From: an uncultured Alphaproteobacteria bacterium
GTDB lineage: Bacteria; Pseudomonadota; Alphaproteobacteria; Rhizobiales; Beijerinckiaceae
DNA length: 64,000 nt
Assembly (NCBI GenBank): GCA_963842835.1
Contig: CAWJIB010000014.1
Coordinates: 22,665-86,664 of the forward strand
Direction: 5' to 3'
Below, piece after piece: positions 38,481 through 48,930 of the stretch (positions are counted from its first letter, which is position 1; each line of letters opens with the position of its first letter). A program made the translations under genes and the position numbers. Under the pieces are notes generated by a model. The model saw nothing but the letters and a program-made list of their open reading frames with translations, had not been told where the DNA came from and did no database searches.

Positions 38481-39056
38481 CTAATCCCCGACAGCGGTCT
38501 CCGCGAGCGTGACCCTGTTCTGGCTCGTGAACTTGCGCTGTCCGTCTTGCTTCGCCTCGATGACGAGGGTCCACCGGCCCGCATGGAGGGGCGCGGCGAC
38601 GCCTTCGTAAGCGCCCCCGTCGGAAGTCAGGATCGCTTCGCGATCGGCGCCCTTGTCGAACGGATGCACGAAGCGCGCGCGCACGTCCAGGCCCGGGATC
38701 GGCGCGCCGTCGCGATCGCGGAAATCAGCGACGATGCGCTCGCCGCCGCCCTCCTGGCGCGTCGTCACGTCGGCGACCCAGCCCAGCAAGTTCTGCGCGC
38801 GCGCCTCGGCAATGCGCTGGTTGTAAACCTGGCTCGCGTCATAGGGATTTTCGAGTTCCTCGCCATGCAGCGTGCTGAGCGCGGTGTAGATCAACGCGCC
38901 GTTGGCGGCGAACATGACGCCGAAGAACAGCCCTAGCAGGACCACCACCGAGCGGCCGGTCAGCGGCTTTCTCAGGTTGGGGCGTTCGGGAAAGCCGCGC
39001 TGCGCCATCGCTCGATCCGAGTTGAGAAGCATCATGTCTAGTCCCTCGCAACACAT
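38481..39056 (-). CDS. fixH: FixH family protein
   Basis: 191 aa, start uncertain. An internal ATG lies at 39008 (MAQRGF...). PLTGRSVVVLLGLFFGVMFAANG is a TM anchor. Position between ccoG and ccoI. Confidence 0.85.
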   Translation of the reverse strand: MCCEGLDMMLLNSDRAMAQRGFPERPNLRKPLTGRSVVVLLGLFFGVMFAANGALIYTALSTLHGEELENPYDASQVYNQRIAEARAQNLLGWVADVTTRQEGGGERIVADFRDRDGAPIPGLDVRARFVHPFDKGADREAILTSDGGAYEGVAAPLHAGRWTLVIEAKQDGQRKFTSQNRVTLAETAVGD

Positions 39057-39066
39057 CGGCGCAACC

Positions 39067-40524
39067 TCACGGCCCGAAGAAGTGGTCGCTCACGCTGACG
39101 GTCTCGCCGTCCTGCAGGTCGGTCGCCTTCATGACGATCGGAGCGCCTGCGTTGCTCGCCGACGAGAGCGGCGCCGTCACGTAGAGCTGGATCTCCTGTG
39201 TCGAGTCGGGATCGACGCTGACCATCAGGCGCCCGTCCGACAGCGTGTCGGTCTCCTCGCTCTTGGCGACCGCGTCCTTGATCCCGCCGATCTCGATGGC
39301 GAACTTGTGCGTCTCGTTCGACTTGTTGGAGAAACGCAGCGTGTAGCCGTTGCGGACGGCGCCGTCCCTGGCGGTCGTGAACATCGGCGCGCGCACGTGC
39401 AGCACGCTCAGGCCCATGTGACGACGCGTCGCCAACTGATAGACCATGAGAGCGCCGACGATCGCTATCACTACGGCATAGAGAATCGTGCGGGAGCGCA
39501 CGAGTCGGTAAACCGGCGCCTCGCCGCGCTGGCGGCGCTTGATGTTCTCGTCAGTGTCGTAGCTAATCAGACGGGTCGGCCGGTTGATCTTCTTCATCAC
39601 CGTGTCGCAGGCGTCGATGCAGAGGCCGCACTGGATGCAGCCGAGTTGCGAACCCTTGCGGATGTCGACTCCCGTCGGGCACACCGCGACGCATTGATAG
39701 CAATCGATGCAGTCGCCGGCGGGCCGACCCGCCGCCCGCGTCTTGATCGCGTCTTTGACCGACATGCGCGGCTCACCGCGGTCGCGTCGGTAAGTAACGT
39801 TGAGCGCGTCGACGTCGGTCAACGCGGCCTGGATACGCGGCCACGGGCACATATAGAGGCACACCTGCTCGCGCATGTGCCCGGCCAGGTAATAGGTGGT
39901 GAAGGTGAGGATGCCGATCCAGACATAAGCCACCAAAGAGGCATGGAGCGTCGCGAGATCGCGCACCAGCGTCGGCGCGTCGGCGAAATAGAGCACCCAG
40001 ACGCCGCCCGTCCACCAGGCGATCAGAACCCAAATTCCGTGCTTGGCGGCGCGCTTGGCGATCTTGTTGGCGTCCCACGGCGCCGCGTCGAGCTTGATGC
40101 GGTCGCGCCGGTCGCCCTCGACGAGACGTTCGACCCACATGAACAAATCGGTCCAGACCGTCTGAAAGCAGAAATAGCCGCACCAGACGCGACCGAACAA
40201 CGCGTTCGACAGGAACAGCGCGAGCGAGGCGAGAATGAGCAGGCCGGTGAAGTAATAGACTTCCTGCGGCCATAGCTCGACGAAGAAGAAGTAGAAACGC
40301 GAGTGCGCGAGATCGAGCAGCACCGCCTGGTGCGGCTCGTTCGGTCCGCGGTCCCAGCGAACGAAGGGGAGAAAGTAGTAGATTCCCAGGCAGAGCAGCA
40401 GCAAGGCCCATTTCAGGCGGCGAAAGGTCCCTTTGACCTTTTGCGGATAGATCTTTGTCGCCGCCGCGTAGAGGGGACCATCCTGGTAAACCTCGTGGTC
40501 CCCTACAATCTCCGATTGAATCAC
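39067..40524 (-). CDS. ccoG: cbb3 oxidase accessory 4Fe-4S protein CcoG/FixG
   Basis: 485 aa with two ferredoxin-type clusters (CIDCYQCVAVCP, CIQCGLCIDAC). Confidence 0.95.
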   Translation of the reverse strand: MIQSEIVGDHEVYQDGPLYAAATKIYPQKVKGTFRRLKWALLLLCLGIYYFLPFVRWDRGPNEPHQAVLLDLAHSRFYFFFVELWPQEVYYFTGLLILASLALFLSNALFGRVWCGYFCFQTVWTDLFMWVERLVEGDRRDRIKLDAAPWDANKIAKRAAKHGIWVLIAWWTGGVWVLYFADAPTLVRDLATLHASLVAYVWIGILTFTTYYLAGHMREQVCLYMCPWPRIQAALTDVDALNVTYRRDRGEPRMSVKDAIKTRAAGRPAGDCIDCYQCVAVCPTGVDIRKGSQLGCIQCGLCIDACDTVMKKINRPTRLISYDTDENIKRRQRGEAPVYRLVRSRTILYAVVIAIVGALMVYQLATRRHMGLSVLHVRAPMFTTARDGAVRNGYTLRFSNKSNETHKFAIEIGGIKDAVAKSEETDTLSDGRLMVSVDPDSTQEIQLYVTAPLSSASNAGAPIVMKATDLQDGETVSVSDHFFGP

Positions 40525-41402
40525 TGTCCAGCGCCCAAGCTATGCACATATACCGCCAGTGACTTGATCGTCACGGGATCGAGGCGCGCGCCCCAGGCCG
40601 GCATCGTGCTGTTGCGCGCGTAGGTAATCGTCTGGATCAGGTCTTTAAAGTCCCCGCCGTAGAGCTGCAGGCCGTCGGTGAGGTTGGCCGAGCCCATCGC
40701 CAGGTTGCCCTTGCCGTCCTCGCCATGGCACATCGCACAATTATCGGCGAAGATCTTCTTGCCGGCTGCGACGTCCACGCCCGCTTCCGGCTCGAGCTTG
40801 CTCAGCGTGCGCACGTAGCTGGCGACCTGGCGGATCTGCTCCGGCTTCAATATGCCGTCGCGACCAAAGGCCGGCATCGCGCTGGAGCGCGTGTCCTTGT
40901 CGTAGTCGGCGCGAATGCCGTGGGTGATCGTCGTCTGGATGTCGTCGAGCGTGCCGCCCCACAGCCAGTCTTCGTTGGTGAGGTTACGGTAGCCCTTCGA
41001 GCCCTGGCCGCCCGAACCGTGGCAAGGCGCGCAGTCTTCGGCGAACGCCGCCTTGCCGTGAGCCAACGCCAGACCCAGCAGCTTCTTGTCGGCGACGATC
41101 TCCGTCACGCTAGCCTTGTCCAAGCCCGCTTCGGTCTGAGCGCGCTGCGCCTGGATCGCCTTGATATCGTCCGCGACCTGACCGCGCGAGGAAAACGCCA
41201 ACACGCCGTGCGAGAACCCACTGACCAGCGGCCAGGCGGGATAGAGAACCCAATAGACGATCGCGAAGAGGATGCATGCGTAGAAGGTCCATAGCCACCA
41301 GCGCGGCAACGGCGTGTTGAGCTCGCGGATGCCGTCCCACTCGTGCCCCGTCGTGGTCTGGCCCGTGATCTTGTCGACTTGGGTTGGTTCTGTCGTGGCC
41401 AT
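40521..41402 (-). CDS. ccoP: cbb3-type cytochrome c oxidase subunit CcoP/FixP (dihaem)
   Basis: 293 aa. Two CxxCH sites (CAPCHG, CAMCHG) and an N-terminal TM helix. Confidence 0.95.
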   Translation of the reverse strand: MATTEPTQVDKITGQTTTGHEWDGIRELNTPLPRWWLWTFYACILFAIVYWVLYPAWPLVSGFSHGVLAFSSRGQVADDIKAIQAQRAQTEAGLDKASVTEIVADKKLLGLALAHGKAAFAEDCAPCHGSGGQGSKGYRNLTNEDWLWGGTLDDIQTTITHGIRADYDKDTRSSAMPAFGRDGILKPEQIRQVASYVRTLSKLEPEAGVDVAAGKKIFADNCAMCHGEDGKGNLAMGSANLTDGLQLYGGDFKDLIQTITYARNSTMPAWGARLDPVTIKSLAVYVHSLGAGQ

Positions 41403-41405
41403 AGC

Positions 41406-41561
41406 TCAATCCTCGCGCAGCGGCATATGGGCCGCGTCGTTGAACTTCTCTCGATTTGCCGGCCAGAGCGCATAGACCAGCACCCCCAGGAACAACGCGA
41501 AGCAGTAAACCGTTCCGCCGGACCGCGCGAATTGCGCGAGCATTTCATACGTCGAGCCCAT
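41406..41561 (-). CDS. ccoQ: cbb3-type cytochrome c oxidase subunit CcoQ/FixQ
   Basis: 51-aa ATG-initiated tail of track ORF 41406..42002: MGSTYEMLAQFARSGGTVYCFALFLGVLVYALWPANREKFNDAAHMPLRED. Located between ccoO and ccoP. Confidence 0.85.
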   Translation of the reverse strand: MGSTYEMLAQFARSGGTVYCFALFLGVLVYALWPANREKFNDAAHMPLRED

Positions 41562-41572
41562 GACGCTCCCCC

Positions 41573-42337
41573 TCAGCGCAGGTTGGCCTTGTCGTCGTAG
41601 AGATTGTAGTCGACCAGCGTGCCGAGCATCTGCAGATAGGCCACCACCGCGTCCGCCTCGGTCAGCGTGGCGCTCTCCGCGTTGAACTTGCGCAGTTGCG
41701 CCTTCGGGTAACGCTTCTGGAACGCCGCCGCGTCCGCGCTGTCCGGGTTGATCTGCGTCTTCACGTCGGCGTCGGCGTCGGCGATCATCTCGTCGGTATA
41801 GGGAACGCCGACGAGCCGGCTGGCGCGCATGTAGTCGGCGACCTCGCGGGTGTCCAATTCGGTATTGGCGAGGAAGGCGTAGGTCGGCATGATCGATTGC
41901 GGCACAACCGAGCGCGGATCCTTGAGATGCGCGATCTGCCAGGCGTCGGTGTATTTCAGGCCGACGCGCGCCAGGTCGGGACCGTTGCGCTTCGAGCCCC
42001 ACTGGAACGGATGGTCGTACATGCTTTCCGCCGCCAGGGAATAGTGGCCGTAGCGCTCGACCTCGTCGCGCAGCGAGCGGATCATCTGGCTGTGGCAGAG
42101 GTAGCAGCCCTCGCGCACGTAGATGTTGCGCCCGGCGATTTCGAGCGGCGTATACGGCCGCATGCCCTCGACCTTCTCGACCGTGCTTTGCAGGTAGAAC
42201 AGAGGCACGATTTGAACGACGCCGCCGATTGCGACGACGATCAGGATGGCGATCACCAACAGGATCGGATTCTTCTCCAGGATGTAATGCTTGGCGAAGA
42301 AACCCGCGGTATTGGGCGTTTGCGTCCCGCTGCTCAT
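41573..42337 (-). CDS. ccoO: cbb3-type cytochrome c oxidase subunit CcoO/FixO (monohaem)
   Basis: 254 aa with CxxCH (CYLCHSQ). Confidence 0.96.
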   Translation of the reverse strand: MSSGTQTPNTAGFFAKHYILEKNPILLVIAILIVVAIGGVVQIVPLFYLQSTVEKVEGMRPYTPLEIAGRNIYVREGCYLCHSQMIRSLRDEVERYGHYSLAAESMYDHPFQWGSKRNGPDLARVGLKYTDAWQIAHLKDPRSVVPQSIMPTYAFLANTELDTREVADYMRASRLVGVPYTDEMIADADADVKTQINPDSADAAAFQKRYPKAQLRKFNAESATLTEADAVVAYLQMLGTLVDYNLYDDKANLR

Positions 42338-42348
42338 GGCTCAGTTCC

Positions 42349-43998
42349 TCATTCGGCGGGCTGGAGGGTGGGTTGGGCGGAAGCGGCCGCTTCCTCGCCG
42401 GAGCGGATCGTCATCCAAACGTTGTAGACCATCAGCAGATAGCCGGCGATGAACAGGACGCCGCCGAGCGCGCGGATGACATAGAAGGGGTGCATCGCCG
42501 CTACGGTTTCGATGAAGGAATACTCGAGATAACCTTGCGCCGTATACGACCGCCACATCAGCCCCTGAAGAATTCCCGATACCCACATCGAGGTGATGTA
42601 AAGCACGATGCCGAGGGTCGAGATCCAGAAGTGCCAGTTCACCAAGCGGATCGAATAGACTTCACGCTTGTTCCACAGCCAGGGAACCAGACAGTAGAGC
42701 GCGCCGAACGACACATAGGCGACCCACCCGAGCGCGCCGGAATGAACGTGTCCGACGGTCCAATCGGTGTAGTGCGACAATGAATTGACCGTCTTGATCG
42801 ACATCACCGGACCTTCGAAGGTCGACATGCCGTAGAAGGCGACCGACACGACCAGCATGCGCAGGACGGGATCGGTGCGCAGCTTGTCCCATGCGCCCGA
42901 CAAGGTCAGCAGGCCGTTGATCATGCCGCCCCACGAGGGCATCCACAGCATGACCGAGAAGGTCATGCCCAGCGTCTGCGCCCAATCCGGCAAGGCCGTG
43001 TAGTGCAGATGGTGCGGACCCGCCCAGATATAAAGGAAAATCAGCGACCAGAAGTGGATGATCGACAGCCGATAGGAATAGACCGGCCGCTCCGCCCGCT
43101 TCGGCACGAAGTAGTACATGATCGCCAGGAACCCGGCGGTGAGGAAGAAGCCGACGGCGTTATGGCCGTACCACCATTGGAACATCGCGTCCTGCACGCC
43201 GCCCCACAGGATGACCGACTTCGACGAGAACAGCGAAATCGGGATCGTCGCGTTGTTGCCGAGATGCAGCATCGCGATCGTGAGGATGAAAGCCAGGTAG
43301 AACCAGTTGGCGACGTAGATGTGCGGCTCCTTGCGGCGCATCAGCGTGCCGAGGAACACCAGGAGATAGGTGACCCAGACGATGGTCAGCCAAAGATCGG
43401 AGTACCACTCCGGCTCGGCGTATTCCTTGCCCTGGGTGATGCCGAGCAAGTAACCGGTCCCGGCGATCACGATGAAGAAATTGTAGCCGAGCACGACGAA
43501 CCACGGCGCGAGATCGCCGGCCAGCCGCGCGCGGCAGGTGCGCTGCACGACATAAAACGAGGTGGCCAGCAGCACGTTGCCGCCGAACGCGAAGATCACC
43601 GCCGAGGTGTGCAGCGGGCGCAAGCGGCCGAAATTGAACCAGGGCGCGATATTGAGCCAGGGATAGGCGAGTTCGAAGGCGATGTAGATGCCGACCGCCA
43701 TGCCCGCCACGCCCCAGAGCAAGGCCGCCAGCGTCGCGAATTTGACGGGCCCGAAATTATAATTGGGCTTGCCGTCGATCTCGAGCGGCGGGCTCTCGGC
43801 CGGCCGGCTGGAGTAGCGCTGGAAGATGGCGAAAATGCCCGCTGCGCTCGCGATGACGCCCAGCGCCATGTGAAAAGCGAAGCCGGGCTCGATCGTCTTG
43901 GCCGCGATATAGAGGCACGCCAAAGCTATGATGGCCAAGACGGCGATAAGACTGACTTCGCCGCCGCGCATCGACTTTCTCGTCGTGACCGCCTGCAT
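42349..43998 (-). CDS. ccoN: cbb3-type cytochrome c oxidase catalytic subunit CcoN/FixN
   Basis: 549 aa polytopic haem-copper oxidase subunit I. Conserved His-rich helices ([29 protein letters not shown]). Confidence 0.96.
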   Translation of the reverse strand: MQAVTTRKSMRGGEVSLIAVLAIIALACLYIAAKTIEPGFAFHMALGVIASAAGIFAIFQRYSSRPAESPPLEIDGKPNYNFGPVKFATLAALLWGVAGMAVGIYIAFELAYPWLNIAPWFNFGRLRPLHTSAVIFAFGGNVLLATSFYVVQRTCRARLAGDLAPWFVVLGYNFFIVIAGTGYLLGITQGKEYAEPEWYSDLWLTIVWVTYLLVFLGTLMRRKEPHIYVANWFYLAFILTIAMLHLGNNATIPISLFSSKSVILWGGVQDAMFQWWYGHNAVGFFLTAGFLAIMYYFVPKRAERPVYSYRLSIIHFWSLIFLYIWAGPHHLHYTALPDWAQTLGMTFSVMLWMPSWGGMINGLLTLSGAWDKLRTDPVLRMLVVSVAFYGMSTFEGPVMSIKTVNSLSHYTDWTVGHVHSGALGWVAYVSFGALYCLVPWLWNKREVYSIRLVNWHFWISTLGIVLYITSMWVSGILQGLMWRSYTAQGYLEYSFIETVAAMHPFYVIRALGGVLFIAGYLLMVYNVWMTIRSGEEAAASAQPTLQPAE

Positions 43999-44062
43999 AT
44001 GGAACCCCCTGCACCTCTAGCGAAACCTTCGTGGCAACCTGGACGAAGGAGTTTCGCATATC

Positions 44063-44076
44063 TTGACTCAAATCAA
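44063..44076. promoter_or_regulatory. FNR/FixK box upstream of ccoN
   Basis: TTGACTCAAATCAA, a TTGA-N6-TCAA match. Its centre lies about 71 nt upstream of the ccoN ATG. Confidence 0.65.
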
Positions 44077-44424
44077 TGCCGCGCTCCGTCCGTCATCGGA
44101 TTCTTTCGGGCTTGGCCGGCCGAGCCTGGACATAGGCGCTTTAGCCGGTGGCCCGCGCGTGCGTCTAGTCCCCCTGATGCGCGCGGCGAAGGAGGACGAA
44201 GGGGGCGGCCATCGCCGGGCGCCGACTGAAGACGCGCCCATGCCCGGTTTTCCGGCGTTTTGGCGCGCCGGCGCGTCACGCCGGCGAAACGCGGCGCCAA
44301 GTTGATGTGACCCTCTGTCGCAGCCTGGGCCGTCCTCGCCAACGGCCTGGCGCCTTGCGGTCGGCGCGATTGCGTGCGGCGGGCTGCGATCGGGCGACGG
44401 CGACGCGCGCGGGAACGGGCCAGC

Positions 44425-44438
44425 TTGACTTATGTCAA
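44425..44438. promoter_or_regulatory. FNR/FixK box upstream of the usp gene
   Basis: TTGACTTATGTCAA, with perfectly palindromic half-sites TTGAC/GTCAA. Its centre lies about 102 nt upstream of the usp ATG. Confidence 0.6.
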
Positions 44439-44533
44439 GGGCCCTCGCCCGCATGCGATTAGCGTTACTGCACGCGACGGTGCAGCGGTGATTTGGGCGG
44501 CGTCGCGGTGAGGTTCCCTGGAGAGTTCAGGCC

Positions 44534-45415
44534 ATGGCGGCCGTCGATTTCGCGATTGCGAGGGAGTCCGCGGCGAGCGGAATTCGGGACGTGCTCGTGC
44601 CGCAGGAGGAAACGGACGCCGCCATACACGCGCTCGTCTACGCCGACATGCTTTGCTCGGCCTTCGGCGCGCATTTGACGGGGCTGATGTTTGGGCTGGT
44701 ACCGTTTTATCCCATGTCGCTCGCCGCCGCGAAGGTTCCCGAGGCCTGGATTCACGCCCAGCGCCAAGCGAGCGAAGAGGCGGAGCAGTCGGAAAGGCGG
44801 CTCAGGGCGGTTTACGGCAAGCTGACGGCGCATAACGAGTTGCGCCGCGTCGACGCCTTCGAGCAGGAGGTCGGCCACATCTGCGCGCGTCACGCCCGCA
44901 GCGCCGACATCACTGTGCTGGGATGGTCGCCGGGCGGCGGCGCCGACATCGAGCGCGCCTTTTTTGAAAGCTGCCTATTCGAATCCGGCCGGCCCGTCCT
45001 GGTCGTTCCCGCCGGCTATTCGTTCCGCGCCATTCCGCAACGCGCGGTCGTCGCCTGGAACAGCAGCCGCGAGGCGACGCGCGCGCTCCGCGAGGCCATG
45101 CCGTTGTTGCGGCAAACGCGGCTGACCCGTTTCGTCACGGTCGACGCCGAAGACTCCGCCTTCAGCGACGCCGAGGATCCCAGCACGAGCATCGCGCGGT
45201 ATATGGGCCGCCACGACATCCCGATCGAAACCAGACGCGCCCATAGCCGCGGGCGCGACGTTGCGACGGTGTTGGCGGAGGAAGCCGACCAGTTCGGCGC
45301 CTCGGTCCTCGTGCTCGGCGGCTACGGCCACGTGCGCGCCACCGAATGGATCTACGGCGGTACGACGCGCGCTTCGCTCGCCCTGGCGCGCATGCCGATG
45401 TTCTTCGCAAATTGA
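44534..45415 (+). CDS. Universal stress protein (tandem UspA domains)
   Basis: 293 aa. Two Usp-like halves. The C-terminal half has the GASVLVLGGYGH...G nucleotide-binding-like motif. Confidence 0.8.
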   Translation: MAAVDFAIARESAASGIRDVLVPQEETDAAIHALVYADMLCSAFGAHLTGLMFGLVPFYPMSLAAAKVPEAWIHAQRQASEEAEQSERRLRAVYGKLTAHNELRRVDAFEQEVGHICARHARSADITVLGWSPGGGADIERAFFESCLFESGRPVLVVPAGYSFRAIPQRAVVAWNSSREATRALREAMPLLRQTRLTRFVTVDAEDSAFSDAEDPSTSIARYMGRHDIPIETRRAHSRGRDVATVLAEEADQFGASVLVLGGYGHVRATEWIYGGTTRASLALARMPMFFAN

Positions 45416-45544
45416 GACTGGGCGCGCCGGCGCTGCAAGCGCGCTCAGAGTTCTTTGATAAGGCGGCATTTTTGTCGGAGGACCACCGTCGGCTTTTCCG
45501 CGATCGCGCTCATCGAAGGCGCGAAGCGGATGAAGCGCGGCGCC

Positions 45545-46279
45545 TCAGCAGGCGGCTCGATAATCGCGGATCGGCGCGTCGCGGTCGGCCGAGGCCAAGA
45601 GCGTCAGGAGATCGGGCCTGAGGATGTCGATGCGGCGCGTCGTCGGCAGTGCGATGAGGCCCCGCGCCTTCAGATGCGTGAACGTTCTACTGACGGTTTC
45701 GATGGTGAGGCCGAGATAGTCGGCGATGTCCTGGCGCTGCATCGCGAGTTCGATCGAATCGGAGTGGCGGCCGGCGCCGCGCGCGCTCAGCATCGACAAG
45801 AACCAGGCGAGGCGTTCCTCGGCCGAACTGCGTCCGACCATCATCATATGTTCGACGGCGTGCGTCAGCGCGCGCGTCACGTTCTCAAAGATCGCGACGT
45901 TGAACTGGGGGTCGCGGTTCATCCTTGCGCGGCACACGGGGCGCGAAAGCGTCGCCATGGCTCCGGCGTTGACGGCCTCGACCGTCAACCCGTGAAATTC
46001 CTCTGGTTCGAGCCCGCACATGTCGCCGGGCATGTAAAAGGCGAAAATCTGCCGCCGCCCGTCGCGGGTCACCTTCACCGCGCGAAAAACGCCTCTTACG
46101 ACCAGAAAATAGCTTTCCGTCGGATCGCCCTCGCCGACCACTTCTTGACCTGGCGCATAGGAAACGACGACGGCGTCGGTATATGGAAGCTTCAGCGCCG
46201 CCAGATCGCCGAGCGCGAAATGATCAGGAGTCAATCGCAATGCCGGATCGCAGGGGTGAATTGCAATGGTCATGGCCAA
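45545..46279 (-). CDS. fixK: Crp/FNR family transcriptional regulator, FixK-like
   Basis: 244 aa. cNMP-binding-like beta-roll and a C-terminal HTH (RQDIADYLGLTIETVSRTFTHLKARGLI). There is no N-terminal Cys cluster, so it is FixK-type rather than FNR-type. The track start is a TTG, and an ATG lies 2 codons in. Confidence 0.85.
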   Translation of the reverse strand: MAMTIAIHPCDPALRLTPDHFALGDLAALKLPYTDAVVVSYAPGQEVVGEGDPTESYFLVVRGVFRAVKVTRDGRRQIFAFYMPGDMCGLEPEEFHGLTVEAVNAGAMATLSRPVCRARMNRDPQFNVAIFENVTRALTHAVEHMMMVGRSSAEERLAWFLSMLSARGAGRHSDSIELAMQRQDIADYLGLTIETVSRTFTHLKARGLIALPTTRRIDILRPDLLTLLASADRDAPIRDYRAAC

Positions 46280-46304
46280 ACTCCGCGTTTTCCGCCCGCA
46301 ACAA

Positions 46305-46318
46305 TTGACCCAAATCAG
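46305..46318. promoter_or_regulatory. Imperfect FixK-like box in the fixK / histidine-kinase divergent region
   Basis: TTGACCCAAATCAG, one mismatch to TTGA-N6-TCAA. It lies only about 30 nt from the fixK start codon. Confidence 0.35.
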
Positions 46319-46453
46319 GGCGGGGCGCTATTCGCCTTACGCGCTATGCTCAAACCTATGCCGAAGGGCATAGGCCGTTCGGGCGCTTGCCATTGGCGAG
46401 CCGGGCGGGCAGGTGTAAACTTTGGTATCGATGACGTTGAGGAAACGTGCGGG

Positions 46454-47995
46454 ATGAACAAGCCGCAACCGCCATTTCATTGCCTCGGCAGGGAGCGCAG
46501 CACGCACTTCGTGTGCGATGCGCAGATGCTCAACGTCATGGCCGACGGACTTCCCGGAGTCGTCGCCTATTATGACGTTGATTTTGTTTGTCATTTCGTC
46601 AATGCGACAGTCGAGGCGTGGACCGGGGCGAACCCCTCCGTCTATCTCAACCGACGCCTTGGCGAAGTCGGGCGGGAGTTCGCCGCCGGAGCGCGCCCCC
46701 ACATCGAGCGCGCCCTCGCCGGGGCGCACGCCGAATTCGAAGCGCAGGTCGATTTCGCCGGCGGCATGGTCAACGTCGTGCGCGGCTTCGCTTATCCCGA
46801 CCACGACGTCAACGGGCGCGTTCTCGGCTGCTTCCTGCTTCTGCTCGACATCACGCGGGAGCGCGCGTTCGAAGCCCAATTGCAAGCCGCGCGCGACGAA
46901 GCGGTCGAAGCCATCCGCTCCAAATCGCGGTTCCTGGCGGCCGCGAGCCATGACTTGCGCCAGCCGCTGCACGCGATGACGCTGTTCGTCAGCGCGCTGT
47001 CGCGGCGCCTGGCGGAGGGCGAGGCGGCCGAACTGGTGGGCAACATCGACAGTTCGCTGCGCTCCTTGCGCGCGATGATCGACACGCTGCTCGACATCTC
47101 GAAGATCGACGCCGGCCTCATCAAGCCGAATTTGGTCCCGATGTCGCTCGCCGAGCTGTTCGACGCGTTGCGTCCCGGCTTCAGCGCGACGGCGCGCGAC
47201 CGGCGGCTCGAATTCCGCGTCGCGCCGACCGGCGCGAAGATCGTGGCCGACCGCACGCTCATCGAGCTGGCGCTGCGCAATCTGCTCGCCAACGCGTTCA
47301 AATTCACGCGAAGCGGCGGCGTGCTGCTCGGCGCCCGGCGCCGGCGCGGCGAAATCGGCGTCGTCGTCGCCGACACCGGCGTCGGCGTAGCGCCCGACCG
47401 AGCCGAGCGCGTATTCGAGGAATTTCATCGCGACAAGATCACCGCGACCGGCCCCAACGAGGGCATCGGCCTCGGGCTCGCCATCGCCAGGCGTGTGGCG
47501 GCGCTGATGGGCGGCAGGGTCTCGCTGCGCTCGCGACCTGGCAAGGGCAGCGTCTTCACGCTTTGGCTGCGGGAAGCCGCGTCGGCGCCTCGCCCCGAGG
47601 GGCGCCCGGAGGTCCAGGGCGAATCGCTCGCGGGCCGCCGCATTCTCATCCTCGACGACGATCCGCTTTGCGCCGCCGCGATGAAACAGGAATTTCTCGA
47701 TCACGGCGCCGTCGTCGCCTCCGCGGCCTCCATTTCGGCCGCGCGAGCTTCGATCGACGCCGCGGGAATGCCGGAGGCGCTGGTGGTCGATTACGACCTC
47801 CGCGAGGGGCCGACCGGGCTGCAATTCGTCGAAACCTTGCGCGCCAGGGGCGCCGAGGCTTCCGTCGTCATGATCAGCGGCTCGACCGACGCCGAGGCGG
47901 TCGCCGCGTTGCGCGGCTCGGGCCTGCCATGGCTCACCAAGCCGGTCGATCCGCGGGCGTTGCGCTCGACCTTGATCCATGCGCTCCTGCGCTAG
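46454..47995 (+). CDS. Hybrid sensor histidine kinase / response regulator (PAS-HisKA-HATPase-REC)
   Basis: 513 aa from MNKPQPPFHC. H-box SRFLAAASHDLRQPLH, G-boxes (DTGVGV, GIGLGLAI), and a C-terminal receiver (ILILDDD...). The upstream 333 codons of the track ORF are antisense to fixK and are rejected. Confidence 0.85.
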   Translation: MNKPQPPFHCLGRERSTHFVCDAQMLNVMADGLPGVVAYYDVDFVCHFVNATVEAWTGANPSVYLNRRLGEVGREFAAGARPHIERALAGAHAEFEAQVDFAGGMVNVVRGFAYPDHDVNGRVLGCFLLLLDITRERAFEAQLQAARDEAVEAIRSKSRFLAAASHDLRQPLHAMTLFVSALSRRLAEGEAAELVGNIDSSLRSLRAMIDTLLDISKIDAGLIKPNLVPMSLAELFDALRPGFSATARDRRLEFRVAPTGAKIVADRTLIELALRNLLANAFKFTRSGGVLLGARRRRGEIGVVVADTGVGVAPDRAERVFEEFHRDKITATGPNEGIGLGLAIARRVAALMGGRVSLRSRPGKGSVFTLWLREAASAPRPEGRPEVQGESLAGRRILILDDDPLCAAAMKQEFLDHGAVVASAASISAARASIDAAGMPEALVVDYDLREGPTGLQFVETLRARGAEASVVMISGSTDAEAVAALRGSGLPWLTKPVDPRALRSTLIHALLR

Positions 47996-48031
47996 CGGGC
48001 GACGCGGTTTTTCTTCGTCGGAGCGCCCTCG

Positions 48032-48670
48032 TCAGATGTCCAACGCGCTCGCCTTCAGCACCGCCTCGGTGCGGTTGCGCACGTCGAGCAGCCGGAAGAT
48101 CGCGGCGAGGTGGATCTTGACGGTGCCTTCGGAAATGTCGAGCGCGCGCGCGATTTCCTTGTTCGCCTGGCCCTTGCCGAGCAGCCGCAGCACGTCGCAT
48201 TGGCGCGGCGTCAGCATGGCGATGATGCCGGCGTCGATGGACGGCGAAGGCTCGAAGGTCTTCGCGGGCTCGGTCAGGAGCAGCGTCGGGGCGTAGATGC
48301 CGCCGCCGAGGACTTGCTGGAACGCCGCGACCATCGCCTCGGGGTCGAGCGATTTGGGGATATAGCCGAACGCGCCGGCGGCGAGCGCGTCGAGCACGTC
48401 CTGGCGCTGCTCCGAGCCGGACATGACGACGAACCGCAGCTGGGCGAACGCCTGGCGCAGCTCGCGAATCGAGCCGCCGCCGTTCATGCCGGGCATGGCG
48501 AGGTCGACGACGGCGAGATCGACGTGCAAGTCGAAGTCGAGCAGAGCGCGCAATTCGGGCAGGCTCGCGGCCTCGCGCACCTCGGCCGGCCCGCAGCCGT
48601 CGCACAGCAGCAAACGCAGGCCGGTGCGGAAGAGGGCATGATCGTCGGCGATGACGAACTGACGAGGCAT
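48032..48670 (-). CDS. LuxR/NarL-family response regulator
   Basis: 212 aa from MPRQFVIADDHALFRTGL. Receiver Asp context AVVDLAMPGMNG. C-terminal LuxR HTH (LTPRQCDVLRLLGKGQANKEIARALDISEGTVKIHL). Confidence 0.88.
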   Translation of the reverse strand: MPRQFVIADDHALFRTGLRLLLCDGCGPAEVREAASLPELRALLDFDLHVDLAVVDLAMPGMNGGGSIRELRQAFAQLRFVVMSGSEQRQDVLDALAAGAFGYIPKSLDPEAMVAAFQQVLGGGIYAPTLLLTEPAKTFEPSPSIDAGIIAMLTPRQCDVLRLLGKGQANKEIARALDISEGTVKIHLAAIFRLLDVRNRTEAVLKASALDI

Positions 48671-48930
48671 CCGCAATCCATCGCAATTCACACGCGGCTT
48701 TGCAAGCGGGCCTTTCCTCACGAAAAGGTCGAACACGCGCGCCGACGCGGTCGCCGGCCCGCCGCCTGGCCCCACCGCGGTCGCACAGGCGGCTCGAAGA
48801 CGCCGCGCGGCCTCCACTTGCGTGGTCTGGCGAGCCGGCAGGCCCGCATCCATATTGGACGCAGGTAGGGCCCGAGGAGCGCCGCGACGTCAGTCGCCCT
48901 TCCCAGGCCCGCCATAGTCGCGAGGAGATC

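Noticed and set aside
45455-46453. First 333 codons of the 846-aa track ORF for the histidine kinase.
   Set aside because: This stretch is antisense to the well-supported fixK gene and crosses the intergenic FixK-like box. The kinase domains start after the ATG at 46454.
46454-48670. Calling the kinase/regulator pair FixL/FixJ.
   Set aside because: The kinase has an SHDLRQP-type H-box and a fused receiver instead of the FixL haem-PAS/HisKA arrangement, and the two genes are convergent. I can support only generic two-component calls.
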